Translations under genes and position numbers: made by a program | Notes under the pieces: model-generated | Told to the model about the DNA's origin: nothing | The model's database searches: none | What the model saw: only the letters and a program-made list of their open reading frames with translations | Shown here: positions 28,917 through 38,804 of the stretch, piece after piece | How positions within the stretch are numbered: the stretch's first letter is position 1 | Layout of the letters: the number at the start of each line of letters is the position of its first letter | Source: Planctomycetota bacterium | Lineage (GTDB): Bacteria; Planctomycetota; B15-G4; SIAN01 | Direction of reading: 5' to 3' | DNA: 64,000 nt | Assembly: GCA_031409275.1 (NCBI GenBank) | Contig: JANNXA010000022.1 | Span: 32,001 to 96,000 of the forward strand

Positions 28917-30672
28917 GCCGCGCGCGTCGCGCGCGCCCTTCCCGCTGCCCGGACTTCTCTTCGCGCTGCTGCTCGTGGCCGTCGTGCATGGACCGCTGCT
29001 CTCGGTGGGGCCGCTGCTGGATGAGGGGCCCTTCCTCGCCGGGCTTGCCGAGTCGCGTGGCGCGGCGCTCTCGATGCGTTGGTTGCCCATCGAGGTTGCC
29101 TGGTTCGGGGGCGAGGCATTCGGCCATCGCCTGTTCGCGCTGCTGCTGGAAGCGGGAACGCTGCTTTGCGCCGCGGTCGCGCTACGACGCACGCCGCGAC
29201 CCAATCTGGCGCTGCTGGCGCTCGCCGCCTACCTCGTCCACCCGTGGCGCAGCGAGAGCGTGGTCCGGCTCGGTGCGCGCGCCGTGCTCCTCTCGGAATT
29301 CGCGGCGGCGCTGGCCGCGCTCCTGGCCACCCGTCGATCGAAGCTGGCGGTGGCGATCAGCGCCCTTCCCGCGGCCCTCGCGACGAGCGGTCTGCCGCTG
29401 CTGGCGCTGGGGCTGCTGCCGGCCGCGGCGTTCCTTCGCGGTGGAGCCGTGCGCCGCCTCGCGCCGCTGCTGGTCGGCGCCGCGATCGGAGTCGCCGTGT
29501 GGTGGCCCGCCGCGCCGCCGGCGCTCGCGTCGTCGACCGCGCTGCCCGCGCTCACGCTGCTGGCGACCCCGTGGCAGACCGGCTTCGAGCACGGCTTCGC
29601 CGGCTGGTCCATCGCGTGGTTCGCCGGTGCACTGCTCCTCCTCGCTCCGCTGCTCGTCGCGTCGCCGACCACGCGTCGCCTCACGGGGACCCTCACGCTG
29701 GCAGCACTGCTGGCCGTGGTCGCCGCGCCAGGGCTGCGACCGCCGCGAACGGGTCTCGAGTACCTTGGCAGCGGCATGACGCCGGAAGGTTGGCTGCCGT
29801 TCCTCGGGCTTCTCTTCGCGGCGACCGCTGCGGCCGCGAGCGGTGCGCGCGAGAGGCGCGGTGGCGCGCTTTCTCGGTTGCCGTTGCTGCTGCACGGCGG
29901 CCTTGTGGTGGCCGGCGGTTTCGTCGAGGCGCGTCGTTTCGCCGAACCGATCGCGCTGCTCGATCACGCCATCGTGGTCGCGCCCGAAAGCGTCGAGCTC
30001 AAGCTGCTGCGAGGACAGCTTTTCCTCGCGGAGAGCCAGCTCGCGCCGCCGGCCGAGGCGCTGCAGTTTGCCGACGCGGCACTCGATCTCGTCGAGCGCA
30101 GCAAGCGGCTGCGGCCCGGCGATCCAGCGGTGTTGACGCTCGAGGTGCTGGCGCTGGCGCTGCGTGCGCGGCTTGACGAGGCGCGCGCTGCGAGCGATCG
30201 CCTGCTCGAGGGGTTTCCCGACGACTGGCGAGCGCGTGTCGCGCGCGCCGAACTCGAAGCGATCGCCGGTGACTCGTGCGCCGCGTTGCGCTGGATGCGG
30301 TCGGCGGTCGCCGCGAGCGATCTGCCGGCGCTGCGGGCCAGCCTCGCGCGATCGCTCGATGCGGTCTACCGCGAATTGCGCGTCGCCCTCGCCGATCGGC
30401 GTTGGGAGGAGGCGCGCCGCTTGTGCGAGCGGCTGATCGAAGTGGCGCCGGAAGAGATGGCGGCGCGCGAGGCCTACATCGACACCTTCACGCTCGCCGG
30501 CCAGCTGACGCAGGCGCTGGCCGCTGCGGAGGAGCTCTTCGCCGCAGCGCCTCGTTCCGCCAACGTGGTGCAACGGTTGGCGAGCTTGCATGAACGGCTC
30601 GGCCATCCGGACGAGGCGCGTCGATTCCAGCAGCTCCTGCGTGAGTTGCGGCCGGCAGGCGCGAACCGGTGA
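28909..30672 (+). CDS. Multi-TM protein with C-terminal TPR-like repeats; TMTC-like GT-C glycosyltransferase candidate
   Basis: TM1 followed by LLDE, then AYLVHPWRSESVVRLGARAVLL, then a helical-repeat C-terminus. Confidence 0.6.
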   Translation: MDEPRASRAPFPLPGLLFALLLVAVVHGPLLSVGPLLDEGPFLAGLAESRGAALSMRWLPIEVAWFGGEAFGHRLFALLLEAGTLLCAAVALRRTPRPNLALLALAAYLVHPWRSESVVRLGARAVLLSEFAAALAALLATRRSKLAVAISALPAALATSGLPLLALGLLPAAAFLRGGAVRRLAPLLVGAAIGVAVWWPAAPPALASSTALPALTLLATPWQTGFEHGFAGWSIAWFAGALLLLAPLLVASPTTRRLTGTLTLAALLAVVAAPGLRPPRTGLEYLGSGMTPEGWLPFLGLLFAATAAAASGARERRGGALSRLPLLLHGGLVVAGGFVEARRFAEPIALLDHAIVVAPESVELKLLRGQLFLAESQLAPPAEALQFADAALDLVERSKRLRPGDPAVLTLEVLALALRARLDEARAASDRLLEGFPDDWRARVARAELEAIAGDSCAALRWMRSAVAASDLPALRASLARSLDAVYRELRVALADRRWEEARRLCERLIEVAPEEMAAREAYIDTFTLAGQLTQALAAAEELFAAAPRSANVVQRLASLHERLGHPDEARRFQQLLRELRPAGANR

Positions 30673-32174
30673 GCGCCAGGGCGCGCGCGAACTGGCTCGC
30701 GCTGCTGGTCACGCTGTTCGCTGCCGCGTGGCACGCGAGCTACGCCTTCCACGGCATCGCGCTCTTCGACGAGGGAGTGCTCGCGGACGGCGCGCTGCGG
30801 CTGCAGCGTGGCGAACTTCCCGGCGTCGACGCGACCCTGCCGTATGGACCGGCAACCTACGGACTGGTGGCCGGGGCCTTCAGCGCGTTCGGCGCGAGCG
30901 TCGCCACCATGCGTGGCGTGATGGTGGCGCTGCAGGCACTCTGTGACGGCGCCCTCTTCCGCGTCGCATGGTCGACCACCGGCGGGTGGGGGGCGTTGCT
31001 GGCCGCGATGCTGCTGGCGGTCGCGCACGGGTCGCTGCACAAGTCGGCCGTGGTGGTCGCGGCGCTGTGCGGATTGCTGGCGGCGCAACGGTTGGGGCGT
31101 CGGTCGGACGCGACGGGCGCATTCCAGGCGGGACTGGGTTGCGCCGCCGCCTTCTTGTTCCGCCACGACGTCGGCGGCTTTGCTGGACTCGCGTGCGCGC
31201 TGGCGTTGCTGTTCGAGTGCGCGCCCGAGCGTGTCGCGTGGTGGAAGCGCTGGTTCGCGCTCGTGGCCGGATTCGTGGCGCCGTTGGCGCCATTGCTGAT
31301 CGCGATGGGGGCGGCGGGCTTCGACCTCCCGCGCTGGTGGGCGCTTGAGTGGCAGCGGATCGCGATCCAGGAGCAGATCGCGGTGGAGTGGTCGCCGGCA
31401 CCCGACGGTGAGGGCTGGCGCGCCGGTCGCATCGTGCTCGCGGTTGCGTTGGTCGCGGCGCCGATGCTCCATCTGATTTGGGGAGCCGGGGTCGTGGCGC
31501 GCTGGCGGAGGCGAGCGCCGTTGCCGCAAGACACGATGCGGCTCGCGTCCGCGACGCTTGGCCTGCTGCTGCTCAATCAGGCGCGCCTCGTGCCGTCGGC
31601 CAACCATCTGTTTCAGGCGTTCGCGCCGGTGGCGCTCGCGGCCGCTGACCTGCTGGCGCGGCGCGGTCGCAACGTGCGCTCGCGCGTGCTGCTCGTCGCC
31701 ATCGTCGCGTCGGTCACTGCATGGGCGGCGCTGGGTCGCAGCGGCCCCTACTCCGGCACGTTCAAGCAGCGCATCGAGGGGGCCGTGCCGGTGCAGCTGG
31801 CGACGGCCGGCGTTTCGCTTCGCCCCGAGTTCGCCACCGGACTCGAACGGGTCGTCGCGGCGATCCAGCGACGGGTGGGCGTCGATGAGCCGTTGGCCAC
31901 CAGTCCCGGTGCGCCGCTGCTCGGCCTGCTGGCGCAACGCCGCCTCGCGCTGCCGTTCGCCGAACCGTCGTACTACTACCACTCCGAACGCTTCCAGCGC
32001 GAGGCGATCGCGGCGCTGGAGCGGAAGCCGCCGCCGCTGCTGGTCACGGATGGCAGCGAGCCGGCCAACTACCGCTTCGAAGAAGCGGCGCCGCTGCTCG
32101 CGGCGTGGTTTGCGCGGCGCTACGCGCCCGTGCAGACGATTGGGCCGTTCACGCTGTTCGAGCGCGTGCGCTGA
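30669..32174 (+). CDS. GT-C (ArnT/PMT-like) membrane glycosyltransferase candidate
   Basis: TM1 followed by LFDEG..PGVD..YGP, many TM helices and a soluble C-terminal domain; GTGA overlap. Confidence 0.65.
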   Translation: MSARARANWLALLVTLFAAAWHASYAFHGIALFDEGVLADGALRLQRGELPGVDATLPYGPATYGLVAGAFSAFGASVATMRGVMVALQALCDGALFRVAWSTTGGWGALLAAMLLAVAHGSLHKSAVVVAALCGLLAAQRLGRRSDATGAFQAGLGCAAAFLFRHDVGGFAGLACALALLFECAPERVAWWKRWFALVAGFVAPLAPLLIAMGAAGFDLPRWWALEWQRIAIQEQIAVEWSPAPDGEGWRAGRIVLAVALVAAPMLHLIWGAGVVARWRRRAPLPQDTMRLASATLGLLLLNQARLVPSANHLFQAFAPVALAAADLLARRGRNVRSRVLLVAIVASVTAWAALGRSGPYSGTFKQRIEGAVPVQLATAGVSLRPEFATGLERVVAAIQRRVGVDEPLATSPGAPLLGLLAQRRLALPFAEPSYYYHSERFQREAIAALERKPPPLLVTDGSEPANYRFEEAAPLLAAWFARRYAPVQTIGPFTLFERVR

Positions 32175-32198
32175 AGCGCGTGGCGCGACGCCGCGCGA

Positions 32199-34148
32199 TC
32201 ACCAGCTCGCTGGCGCGAGCAGCTTCCAGGCGCTGTGGAAGTCATGTTGCTCGATGACGACGATGCACGGTTCGTCGAGGGCGCTGGCCGGGACATCGAA
32301 ATCGAGCTCGACGTCGAAGGTGCCGGCCTGCGCATCGCTGAACCACCGCGCGTTCTGCGTTGCGAAGGTCGGCGTGGGAGCGGCGAAGGTGCGTCGCGCC
32401 ACGCGGGTGGTTGGCGTGCGCAACTCGATGGTGGCGAGCGGCGCGGTCGCGGCGACCGACACATGGATGCGGCCGCTCTCGCGGCGCGCCGCGAGGCGGA
32501 GCCGGGCGCCGGTGGTGCCGTAGACGTCGCCGCGTTCGAGCGCGCGGAAGAGCGCGTCGTGGGTGAGTTGCGGTGCGGCGACGACGGTCACCCCTTGGAA
32601 CGCGTAACGCCGCCCTTTGGGCCATTCGATGCCGATCAGTCCGCCCGGCTTGCCGAGGTGATTGTCGCTATCGGCAACGAGGAAGAGGTGATGACCTCGT
32701 CGCAGGGCCGAGAGGACGTCGCTCTCCGCTTCGGGAGGCAGCTCCTGTTCGTGGTTGCCGTGCAGCGGATAGTTCGAGTCGTGTTCGAGCGAGCTGCCAT
32801 GCCAGGAGAAGACTTCCGCCAGTCGTTGCCGCGGAATGGTGCCTGGCTCGCCCCAGACGAAGCGACGCTGCGCCTGACCGCCGTTCCACAGCGAATGGTG
32901 GCCGACGAGGAGGACGTCGGGATCGCTCCCGAGTTGCGCCGCGAGCGCCGGCAGTCCGCTCGGCGCCGGCGGCGGGGCGCATGGCTCGCGGAAGAGCACG
33001 TGGCGGTGGCCCCAATCGGCATCGGTCCATTCGTAGCCGTTGAAGACGATGAACCGCCCGTCGCGGCTCCAATCGACCGCGAGCGATCGCAGCCACTCGG
33101 CGTCGTAGTCGGGGAACTCGCGATGCTCGCTGAGCGAGAGGAAGTCCAGCCGCGTGACGTCGCGCGCGTAGCGCAGCGCCTGCGATGGGACGCCGCTGGC
33201 GTGACCGCCGACTGCGGTGTGCGAGTGGAGCGAGCCGAACCAGAGATGCGGCGCCGCGGCATCGACCGCGATCGGGTTCGAGAGCCCGACGACTTGCGGC
33301 TGCTCACGCCAGGTCACCTGGAGCCGGTGGAGGCCGACGGGTAGCGGTGGCAGCTCGAACTCGAAGGCGCTCGCCAGACGGCCGTCCCCGTTGGCTTCGG
33401 AAGGAAGCGGCACGGTGAAGCTCGTGAAGGGGCCGCTCACGGAGAGCGAACCGGCTGGAATCGGGCTTTCGAGGCTCGATGCGATCGGGCCCGAGAATCC
33501 GCTCATGAAAAGGACGCGCGCTCGGGCGGCGGTTCCGGGCTCAGCCTGCGCCGGTAGCAGGACGCGCAGCCAATCGACGTGGGGGTCGACGATTCGCAGC
33601 GGCACGCGCCCAGGGAGTCGGCGGATCGATCCGTCGCCGGCGCGCACCTGCGCGAAGAGCTCGAGCTCGAGCGGCAACGGGTTCGACGCCACGTCGAGTT
33701 GGATGGTGACATGCGCGGACGCTGGCAGCGGCGCCGCGAGCGGCAGCGCGAACCAGCCGTCGGCACGCGCGATCGGCTGCACCGCCAGCGACGTCACGGC
33801 GCCATTCGCTTCGACGCGCTGCGCCTCGACGCGGCTTTGCGCGTCGAGCTCAGGAAGTTGGTAGCGCAGCTCGATGCCGCGAAAGCAGCGTTCACCGTCG
33901 AAAGCGCCCTGATCGACGAGGAGCGTCGCTCCCGCGGGGAGGTCGCGGTCGGCGCGCAGCGTCAACTCGGCGCGAAGTCGCGCATTGGGGCGATCGGAGG
34001 GCAGCGCGGTGAGCAGAGCCGGGCGGCCCGCGGCCACGGCGAGTCCGATGGGTGGCGGCGCGATCTGGAGGGGCGCGCCGCGGTCACAGGCCGTCGCGAG
34101 ACAGGCGAGCGCTGCAGCGACGATGACGATGGGCGAGCGGGGAAGCAT
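32199..34148 (-). CDS. Lipoprotein with PHP-fold metallohydrolase domain (CehA/McbA/DUF3604-like)
   Basis: Lipobox LATA-C; WFGSLHSHT, DFLSLSEH, GYEWT, GHRHV and ADSDNH. Confidence 0.75.
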   Translation of the reverse strand: MLPRSPIVIVAAALACLATACDRGAPLQIAPPPIGLAVAAGRPALLTALPSDRPNARLRAELTLRADRDLPAGATLLVDQGAFDGERCFRGIELRYQLPELDAQSRVEAQRVEANGAVTSLAVQPIARADGWFALPLAAPLPASAHVTIQLDVASNPLPLELELFAQVRAGDGSIRRLPGRVPLRIVDPHVDWLRVLLPAQAEPGTAARARVLFMSGFSGPIASSLESPIPAGSLSVSGPFTSFTVPLPSEANGDGRLASAFEFELPPLPVGLHRLQVTWREQPQVVGLSNPIAVDAAAPHLWFGSLHSHTAVGGHASGVPSQALRYARDVTRLDFLSLSEHREFPDYDAEWLRSLAVDWSRDGRFIVFNGYEWTDADWGHRHVLFREPCAPPPAPSGLPALAAQLGSDPDVLLVGHHSLWNGGQAQRRFVWGEPGTIPRQRLAEVFSWHGSSLEHDSNYPLHGNHEQELPPEAESDVLSALRRGHHLFLVADSDNHLGKPGGLIGIEWPKGRRYAFQGVTVVAAPQLTHDALFRALERGDVYGTTGARLRLAARRESGRIHVSVAATAPLATIELRTPTTRVARRTFAAPTPTFATQNARWFSDAQAGTFDVELDFDVPASALDEPCIVVIEQHDFHSAWKLLAPASW

Positions 34149-34171
34149 GCCGCGACCAGGGAGAGCGCAGC

Positions 34172-34258
34172 TGGTGCCGAAGACAGGACTTGAACCTGCA
34201 CTCCCTTGCGGGAACTAGACCCTGAATCTAGCGCGTCTGCCAATTCCGCCACTTCGGC
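34172..34258 (-). tRNA. tRNA-Leu(CAG)
   Basis: GCCGAAG acceptor, anticodon arm CTAGA-TTCAGGG-TCTAG, long variable arm, GTTCAAGT and encoded CCA. Confidence 0.95.
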
Positions 34259-34314
34259 ACGAAATGGAGGGCGGTACTGTAGGCCGCTCCTCGGCGGAGT
34301 CAAGCGAGCGGACG

Positions 34315-34791
34315 ATGACGGCGAAGCCCGACAAAGCAAGGCGCAGCGTCGCCCGGAATCGTCGCGCAACATACGACTACGCGATCCTGGACCGTTTGCA
34401 GGCAGGCCTCGTCCTCACCGGGACCGAGGTGAAGTCGTTGCGCAAGGCGGAGGCGACGCTGGTCGGCTCCTACATCCGGATCGACGACGACAAGCTCTGC
34501 GCCTGGCTGATCGGCTGCCAGATCCCCGAGTACTCGCACGGCACCTACGCCAATCATGAGCCCAAGCGCAAGCGCAAGCTGCTCCTGAACGCCAAGGAGA
34601 TCATCAAGCTGCGGCAGTCGACGAAGACCGACGGGACCACCATCATCCCGCTCGAGATCTACTTCGAAGGGCCGTGGGCGAAGGTCGAGATCGGGCTCGC
34701 GAAGGGCAAGCGGGTGGCGGACAAGCGGCAGTCGATCGCGGCACGCGAGGCCAAGCGCGACATCGACCGGGCGGCGCGCGGACGTCGATGA
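34315..34791 (+). CDS. smpB: SsrA-binding protein SmpB
   Basis: NRRATYDY, GLVLTGTEVKSLR, RKLLL and GLAKGK..DKR. Confidence 0.97.
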   Translation: MTAKPDKARRSVARNRRATYDYAILDRLQAGLVLTGTEVKSLRKAEATLVGSYIRIDDDKLCAWLIGCQIPEYSHGTYANHEPKRKRKLLLNAKEIIKLRQSTKTDGTTIIPLEIYFEGPWAKVEIGLAKGKRVADKRQSIAAREAKRDIDRAARGRR

Positions 34792-36605
34792 ACGACCCGT
34801 CGGCGCGTCGCATCGTCGCGCGCGAAGCGGCGCTCTTCCTGCTGGCGCTGCTGCTCGCCGCCGTCGCGACCTGGCCGCTCGTGCTGCACCTGGGTCCGCT
34901 CGAACGGATGGCGGACCGCACGCTCGACGACCATGTCTATTGGTGGGACTTCTGGTGGGTCCGCGAGGCGCTGTGGGTGCGCCACGTCGACCCGTTCTTC
35001 TGCCCCGACATCTTCGTGCCGCACGGTGCGAGCCTCGTGGCTTCGCCGTTCGCCTTTCCGCTCGGCGTGCTGGCGCTTCCCTTCGAGGCGTGGTGGGGCG
35101 TCCTGCCGGGCGCGATCGTCGCCGTGAAGCTCTTCGGACTCCTCTTGCTCGCGCTTGGCGTGTGGGGGATGTCGCTGTTCGCACGCGCGCTCGGCGCTCC
35201 GCTGTGGGTGAGCTTGCTGGCCGGGATGCTCTTCTCGTTCACGCCATTCCGGATGGTGCAGCTCGGACGAATCCACTACCTCGCGGGCGCGCTCGTGCCG
35301 CTGTTCCTCCACTCGGCGTTGCGCGCCTCGCGGGGCGGCCGCTGGCACTGGTGGGCGGGCGCCGGCTCGATCTTCGCTCTCGCGATCGGCATCGACGCGT
35401 CGCTCGCGCTCGAACTGGTGGTGGCGACGGGGGCGCTGTGGGCGTTCGAGTGGCGCGGTGGCCAGCCGGTGTTGCGAACAGGCCTGCGTCTCTTCGGGTG
35501 CGGCGTGGTCGGGGTCGTGCTGGCGTCGCCGCTGCTGGTGCGGTTCCTCGCTGAAGCGCGCGACAACGCCGGCATCGACGTCGCGAGTCGGCTCACCTAC
35601 GACGACGATCCGAACCTGATGCAACGGCTCTTGTCGGCCGACCTCGACGGTCTGGCGTGGTTCACGGCGCCCGCGTTGCACGAGGCGGTCGTGATGGAGG
35701 CGCAGGAGTGGGAGCGCCCGGTCGTCGCGCGCAGCTCGGCGCGAATCAACGCCGATCTCTACGAGAAGTTCCGGCCGGTCGCGGCCCCGGCGGTGCAGAT
35801 GGCCGCGGCAGTCGTGGACGCCGGCATCGTGTTGCTGGTCGCGATTGCCGTCGGGGTCGCGCTGCGGCGGCGAGGCGGCGGGGCGTTCGTGGGTCTGGCG
35901 CTGGTCGGCTTGTTGCTGGCGCTCGGGCCGCAACGAACCGCGTTCGGTCACCACTTCGAGATGCCCTACGCATGGCTGGCGCGGGTGGTGCCGGGCATGG
36001 CGGCCGGCCGCTACCCGACCGCGCACCTGCGGCTGTTCCAGCTTGGACTGGCCGTCGCTGCGGCGCTTGCGGCGACCGGTGGCGGGCGGCGCTGGGTCGC
36101 CGCCGGCAGCGTGGCGGCGATCGGTTACCTCGCCCTCGCGCCGATGCGGCCGTTCCTGTTCGAGCCGTTCACGGTGGAGCAGATCCACGGGCACATGGCC
36201 GCCGATCCGGTCGCCGGCAATGTCCTCGAACTGCCGCCGCGGACGGAGTTGATGCTTCGGCGCATGGCGCTCGGACAAGTCGTCCACCAGCGGCCGCTGA
36301 TGGCGGGGCCGTTGACCCGGGTACCGCCGGCTGCCTGGGAGTTCTTCGATGGCGAGCCGTTCGTGCGGCGCTGCATGCGGCCGCTCGACCTCGCACTGAT
36401 GACGCCGGGGCAGCTCGAGAGCGAGGTGGCGGAGAATCGCGAGATTCTGGCGCGCTACGGCGTGCGCTACATCGTGTTGCGACGATTCCTGTTCGAGCAC
36501 GACCCGCAGGCGTCGCAGCAGCTCGTCGCCTACTTGCAGGAGCACGGCTTCAGCCTCGAGCGCTCCCGCGAAGGACATGTCCTGGTGAGGATCGACGCGG
36601 AGTAG
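34788..36605 (+). CDS. Polytopic membrane protein, YfhO/GT-C-like
   Basis: DDHVYWWDFWW, PFFCPDIFVPHG, LLAGMLFSFTPFR and a C-terminal VLELP..GVRYIVL domain; ATGA overlap with smpB. Confidence 0.6.
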   Translation: MNDPSARRIVAREAALFLLALLLAAVATWPLVLHLGPLERMADRTLDDHVYWWDFWWVREALWVRHVDPFFCPDIFVPHGASLVASPFAFPLGVLALPFEAWWGVLPGAIVAVKLFGLLLLALGVWGMSLFARALGAPLWVSLLAGMLFSFTPFRMVQLGRIHYLAGALVPLFLHSALRASRGGRWHWWAGAGSIFALAIGIDASLALELVVATGALWAFEWRGGQPVLRTGLRLFGCGVVGVVLASPLLVRFLAEARDNAGIDVASRLTYDDDPNLMQRLLSADLDGLAWFTAPALHEAVVMEAQEWERPVVARSSARINADLYEKFRPVAAPAVQMAAAVVDAGIVLLVAIAVGVALRRRGGGAFVGLALVGLLLALGPQRTAFGHHFEMPYAWLARVVPGMAAGRYPTAHLRLFQLGLAVAAALAATGGGRRWVAAGSVAAIGYLALAPMRPFLFEPFTVEQIHGHMAADPVAGNVLELPPRTELMLRRMALGQVVHQRPLMAGPLTRVPPAAWEFFDGEPFVRRCMRPLDLALMTPGQLESEVAENREILARYGVRYIVLRRFLFEHDPQASQQLVAYLQEHGFSLERSREGHVLVRIDAE

Positions 36606-36639
36606 CCGCGGCTCGATATACTGCGCCGCGCTTCGAATC

Positions 36640-37001
36640 GGGGGCGCAACGGTTTCGACCGGGTGAACCCTGAAACGGGGATGGCGCTCCGAGGTTTCAG
36701 GCTCCTCGTGAAACCCCTGAAAAAACGTTCAACTGCGAACAACAACCTCGCACTGGCTGCCTAAAAAAAACAGGTAGTCACGACCGGCGTTCCTCGTCTG
36801 CGGGGGCGCCTGTGTCGTCACTTAGCAGGCTGGCCGGCGTTCCCTGGTCCCAGGTGCGCCGGCGAGATTACGGGGCTGATCTGGCGATCGAACCTGTCGA
36901 CCGGTGCCCGCCAGATGACGTTGTCCGTTGATCGACTACGAGCGTAGAGGTCTTCGTTTCGGCACCCTGGGACGCGGGTTCGACTCCCGCCGCCTCCACC
37001 A
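36640..37001 (+). ncRNA. ssrA: tmRNA; tag peptide (A)ANNNLALAA at 36735-36764
   Basis: 5' GGGGGCG pairs with 3' CGCCTCC-ACCA; T-arm GCGGGTTCGACTCCCGC; tag ORF ending LALAA-TAA; TATACT -10 upstream. Confidence 0.96.
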
Positions 37002-37092
37002 TTCGGAAGCGCAGCGCCGGCAGGCGACCGCAGTTTGGACGACGCCCGCAGCGCACCGACTTGCCTTCCACGGCCAGGTACCACGGGCAGAC

Positions 37093-38244
37093 ATGATCGA
37101 ACATCGTCGCCGGTCGCCAGAGCAGCTGGCTGCGCTCCGAATCCTCGCCCTCCTCCTGCTCGCGCTCGCGAGCGCTTGCGTGACGTCGCGCGATGCGGTC
37201 GCCAATCTCGGCGAGCTCTACACGCGCCGCGATGAGAGCGTCGCCGACTACGCCGCGCTGGTGACCGATCGAGGCTTTTTCGCGCGGCTGGGCCGGACGT
37301 TTGGAACGAACGACGATCCGGCGGCGCTTTACGAGAGCGAGGAGCTCGAGGATCCGATCGCGTTCGCGCTCGACAACCTCGCGCGGCTCGAACTCTCCGA
37401 TGCCGACGACCTCGACCCTTGCGAACGCGTCGCGGCCATCGCCACTCTGGCCGAAATGGCGCGCCTCGATCGCGCGCGGATCGTTCGCGCGCGCGCCATC
37501 GAAGTGCTGCAGTCCCAGCTCGCGCAGCTCGACGGCCCGCGCAAGCCTGCGGCCGTCGCCGCGATTGACGACGCCGAGCTCAATCGCAAGCTCGATCCGT
37601 TGCTGCGATTGGCGGAGGCGGAGCCCGCCGCGATCGCGGCCGTGCTCGCGAACGAGTCGGCGGCGCTGATGGCGGCGTCCGCGGAACTCGCCTCGGTCCA
37701 GCCGGACGCTTTCCTGCTCGCGCTGCGCCTTACTCGCCTCGCTGCCAAGTCGACGCGTCGCGCGATCGATGGAGGCGGGGCAGCGCCGCTGTGCTCCGCC
37801 CTCGACCGCGCGGGATTCGCTGCCGCTCGTCACCTCGCGTTCCTGGTGGCTCGCGCCGACCGTGCGCTGGGGCGCGGCGTCCTTGACGGGGCGTCCGAAG
37901 TGCGATTGGCGTCGGGCGCGTTGCTGCTGTCGATCGATCCGATCGCGGCGACCGTGGAGTTCGGGCGCGCGTGGACCGCTGCGGTCGCGCCCACGGTGCG
38001 CGTGGCCTGGCTGCAGCAACTTGAACTGGCGCCCATCGTCGCGGCCAACGTCCACCCGACGCTGCGAGCGGTGCTGGTGCAGGAGCTTCAGTCGGACGAC
38101 GCTGCCGTCGCCTACGCCGCGCGCCATGCCGTGTGCCACCTGCTGGCGCGCGATCCGCAGGGCGCGAAGCTTCCGGAACTGAAGGCTGCGTGGCTGGCGC
38201 TCGGCGAATGGCAATCGACGCCGACCGCGGGAGAGTCGCGTTGA
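37093..38244 (+). CDS. Hypothetical helical (HEAT-like) lipoprotein
   Basis: Lipobox ASA-C after a hydrophobic stretch; Ala/Leu-rich helical repeats. Confidence 0.65.
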   Translation: MIEHRRRSPEQLAALRILALLLLALASACVTSRDAVANLGELYTRRDESVADYAALVTDRGFFARLGRTFGTNDDPAALYESEELEDPIAFALDNLARLELSDADDLDPCERVAAIATLAEMARLDRARIVRARAIEVLQSQLAQLDGPRKPAAVAAIDDAELNRKLDPLLRLAEAEPAAIAAVLANESAALMAASAELASVQPDAFLLALRLTRLAAKSTRRAIDGGGAAPLCSALDRAGFAAARHLAFLVARADRALGRGVLDGASEVRLASGALLLSIDPIAATVEFGRAWTAAVAPTVRVAWLQQLELAPIVAANVHPTLRAVLVQELQSDDAAVAYAARHAVCHLLARDPQGAKLPELKAAWLALGEWQSTPTAGESR

Positions 38245-38804
38245 CACCGCTCCAGGTGCACTTCAGCCCGCTCGAGCGGGACTACAGCGGCCGCGAACTG
38301 CGTTCTCACTTCGCCTTCGACGAGTTCGCGCTGATCGGCGACTCCGCGGTCGCGTGGATCGGGCCGTGCCGCGTCGACGTCGGTGAACTGGTCGATCTGG
38401 TCGACGCGCGCGCCGGCGCCTTCATCGCCAGTCCGTCGATGGCGCACTTCATCGTCGAGCACTTCGGCGTGGCGCTGGTCGAGGCGGTGTTGCGCCAGCG
38501 GCTCCTCGCGCGGTTGGGGGCCGACTTGCTTCGCGAGGGCGGGGCGCCGGCCGTGCAGGTGCGCGGCAACGATCTCTTCGCGGATGGCCGCAAGGCGAGC
38601 GTGTCGGTGGCGACGCTGTCGCCGACGTCGGCCCTGATCCACTTCGCCGTGAACATTCGCACCGACGGGACGCCCGTTCCGACGTTCGGCCTGTCCGAGA
38701 CAGCGCTGCAACCGGAAAGATTCGCCCGCGAGCTGCTCGGAAGGTACGCCGCGGAACTCGCCGATATCCACCGCGCAGCAGCCAAGGTGCGGGGGGTTCG
38801 TTGA
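38241..38804 (+). CDS. DUF366-like protein
   Basis: YSGRELRSHF, GPCRV, VDLVD, MAHFIVEHF, RQRLL, GNDLF..GRKASVSVAT and IHFAVNI; TTGA overlap. Confidence 0.75.
   Translation: MTPLQVHFSPLERDYSGRELRSHFAFDEFALIGDSAVAWIGPCRVDVGELVDLVDARAGAFIASPSMAHFIVEHFGVALVEAVLRQRLLARLGADLLREGGAPAVQVRGNDLFADGRKASVSVATLSPTSALIHFAVNIRTDGTPVPTFGLSETALQPERFARELLGRYAAELADIHRAAAKVRGVR

Noticed and set aside
34172..37100. tRNA-Leu/tmRNA (and the tRNAs at 59316-59630) as island integration sites
   Set aside because: No integrase, duplicated 3' att fragment or clear compositional shift was seen.
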